From: an uncultured Bacilli bacterium
Lineage (GTDB): Bacteria; Bacillota_I; Bacilli_A; RF39; UBA660
DNA length: 64,000 nt
Assembly: GCA_947629375.1 (NCBI GenBank)
Contig: CANRDN010000008.1
Coordinates: 1,389-65,388, forward strand
Direction: 5' to 3'
Shown here: piece by piece, positions 63,814 to 64,000 of the stretch
Layout of the letters: each line of letters starts with the position of its first letter
Numbering within the stretch: the stretch's first letter is position 1
Position numbers and translations under genes: made by a program
The notes under the pieces: generated by a model
What the model saw: only the letters and a program-made list of their open reading frames with translations
Databases searched by the model: none
Told to the model about the DNA's origin: nothing

Positions 63814-64000
63814 ATGGTTAAACATATAAATAGTAATGAATTTGATGAAGTTGTATTAAAAAGTAAAGAAACTGTTTTAGTAGATTTTTATGCTGATTGG
63901 TGTGGTCCTTGTCAGATGCTTTCACCAGTAATGGAAGAGATTGGTAAGTCTTATAATGTCTATAAAGTAAATACTGATGAAAACGAAGAATTAGCTCGTA
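63814..64000 (+). CDS. trxA: thioredoxin (partial, continues beyond the window)
   Basis: AAGGAGAG RBS. Own translation is MVKHINSNEFDEVVLKSKETVLVDFYADWCGPCQMLSPVMEE..., with the WCGPC active site. Confidence 0.9.
   Translation, partial: MVKHINSNEFDEVVLKSKETVLVDFYADWCGPCQMLSPVMEEIGKSYNVYKVNTDENEELAR

Noticed and set aside
1-64000. Template repeat or reverse transcriptase for the putative VR within this window
   Set aside because: Scanning by eye for the invariant A-free core (GGCGTGCGTCCTGCCGTT) or any other GC-rich patch found none. No ORF has the RT motifs (YxDD). This is an eye scan only, so a degenerate copy could have been missed.

Overview
AT-rich (roughly 30% GC by eye) Firmicutes chromosome segment, apparently from a spore-former because it carries a gerA-type operon. 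Nearly all genes are on the + strand.

(1) Positions 1 to about 24745 are the right-hand ~25 kb of a siphovirus-type prophage. In order it encodes: the end of the early region (RlaP-like nucleotidyltransferase, ArpU/RinA-like late regulator), HNH endonuclease, a ParB-nuclease/DUF4417 protein, two small proteins that both start MGGRGA (one BECR/PBECR-nuclease-like), TerS, TerL, a GT2-like fragment, portal, a MuF head-morphogenesis protein with a DUF4258-like toxin C-terminus plus an overlapping small ORF, a structured non-coding gap, scaffold, capsid, connectors, major tail, chaperone pair, a 1017-aa tape measure, Dit/Tal/RBP, holin, GH25 endolysin and a minus-strand Cys-rich moron. The integrase/lysogeny end lies outside the window. 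The right junction falls inside an ABC-transporter ATPase gene, which now starts in-frame at its Walker A motif.

(2) Positions 24.7-64 kb are ordinary chromosome: ABC-2 permease, a Bro-N pseudogene and two DinD paralogs behind duplicated promoters that carry a LexA/Cheo-like palindrome, a P1B metal ATPase, YvcK, GtrA, AdhE, a gerAA-gerAC-gerAB operon (minus strand), a RumA-type rRNA methyltransferase, a TetR unit, flavodoxin, CMD, TrkA/TrkH, M32 carboxypeptidase, an ArsB/NhaD-type permease, two large surface proteins, an SH3b-YkuD L,D-transpeptidase, and the start of thioredoxin.

No rRNA, tRNA or CRISPR array was seen.

The most interesting signal is a 132-nt island of about 55% GC (58873-59004; the adenine-free run carries on to 59006) at the extreme 3' end of the vWA surface-protein gene. 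Its codon pattern looks like a diversity-generating-retroelement variable region: scaffold codons lack adenine, NNC codons are abundant, and every adenine sits in codon position 1 or 2. No template repeat or reverse transcriptase is present in this window.
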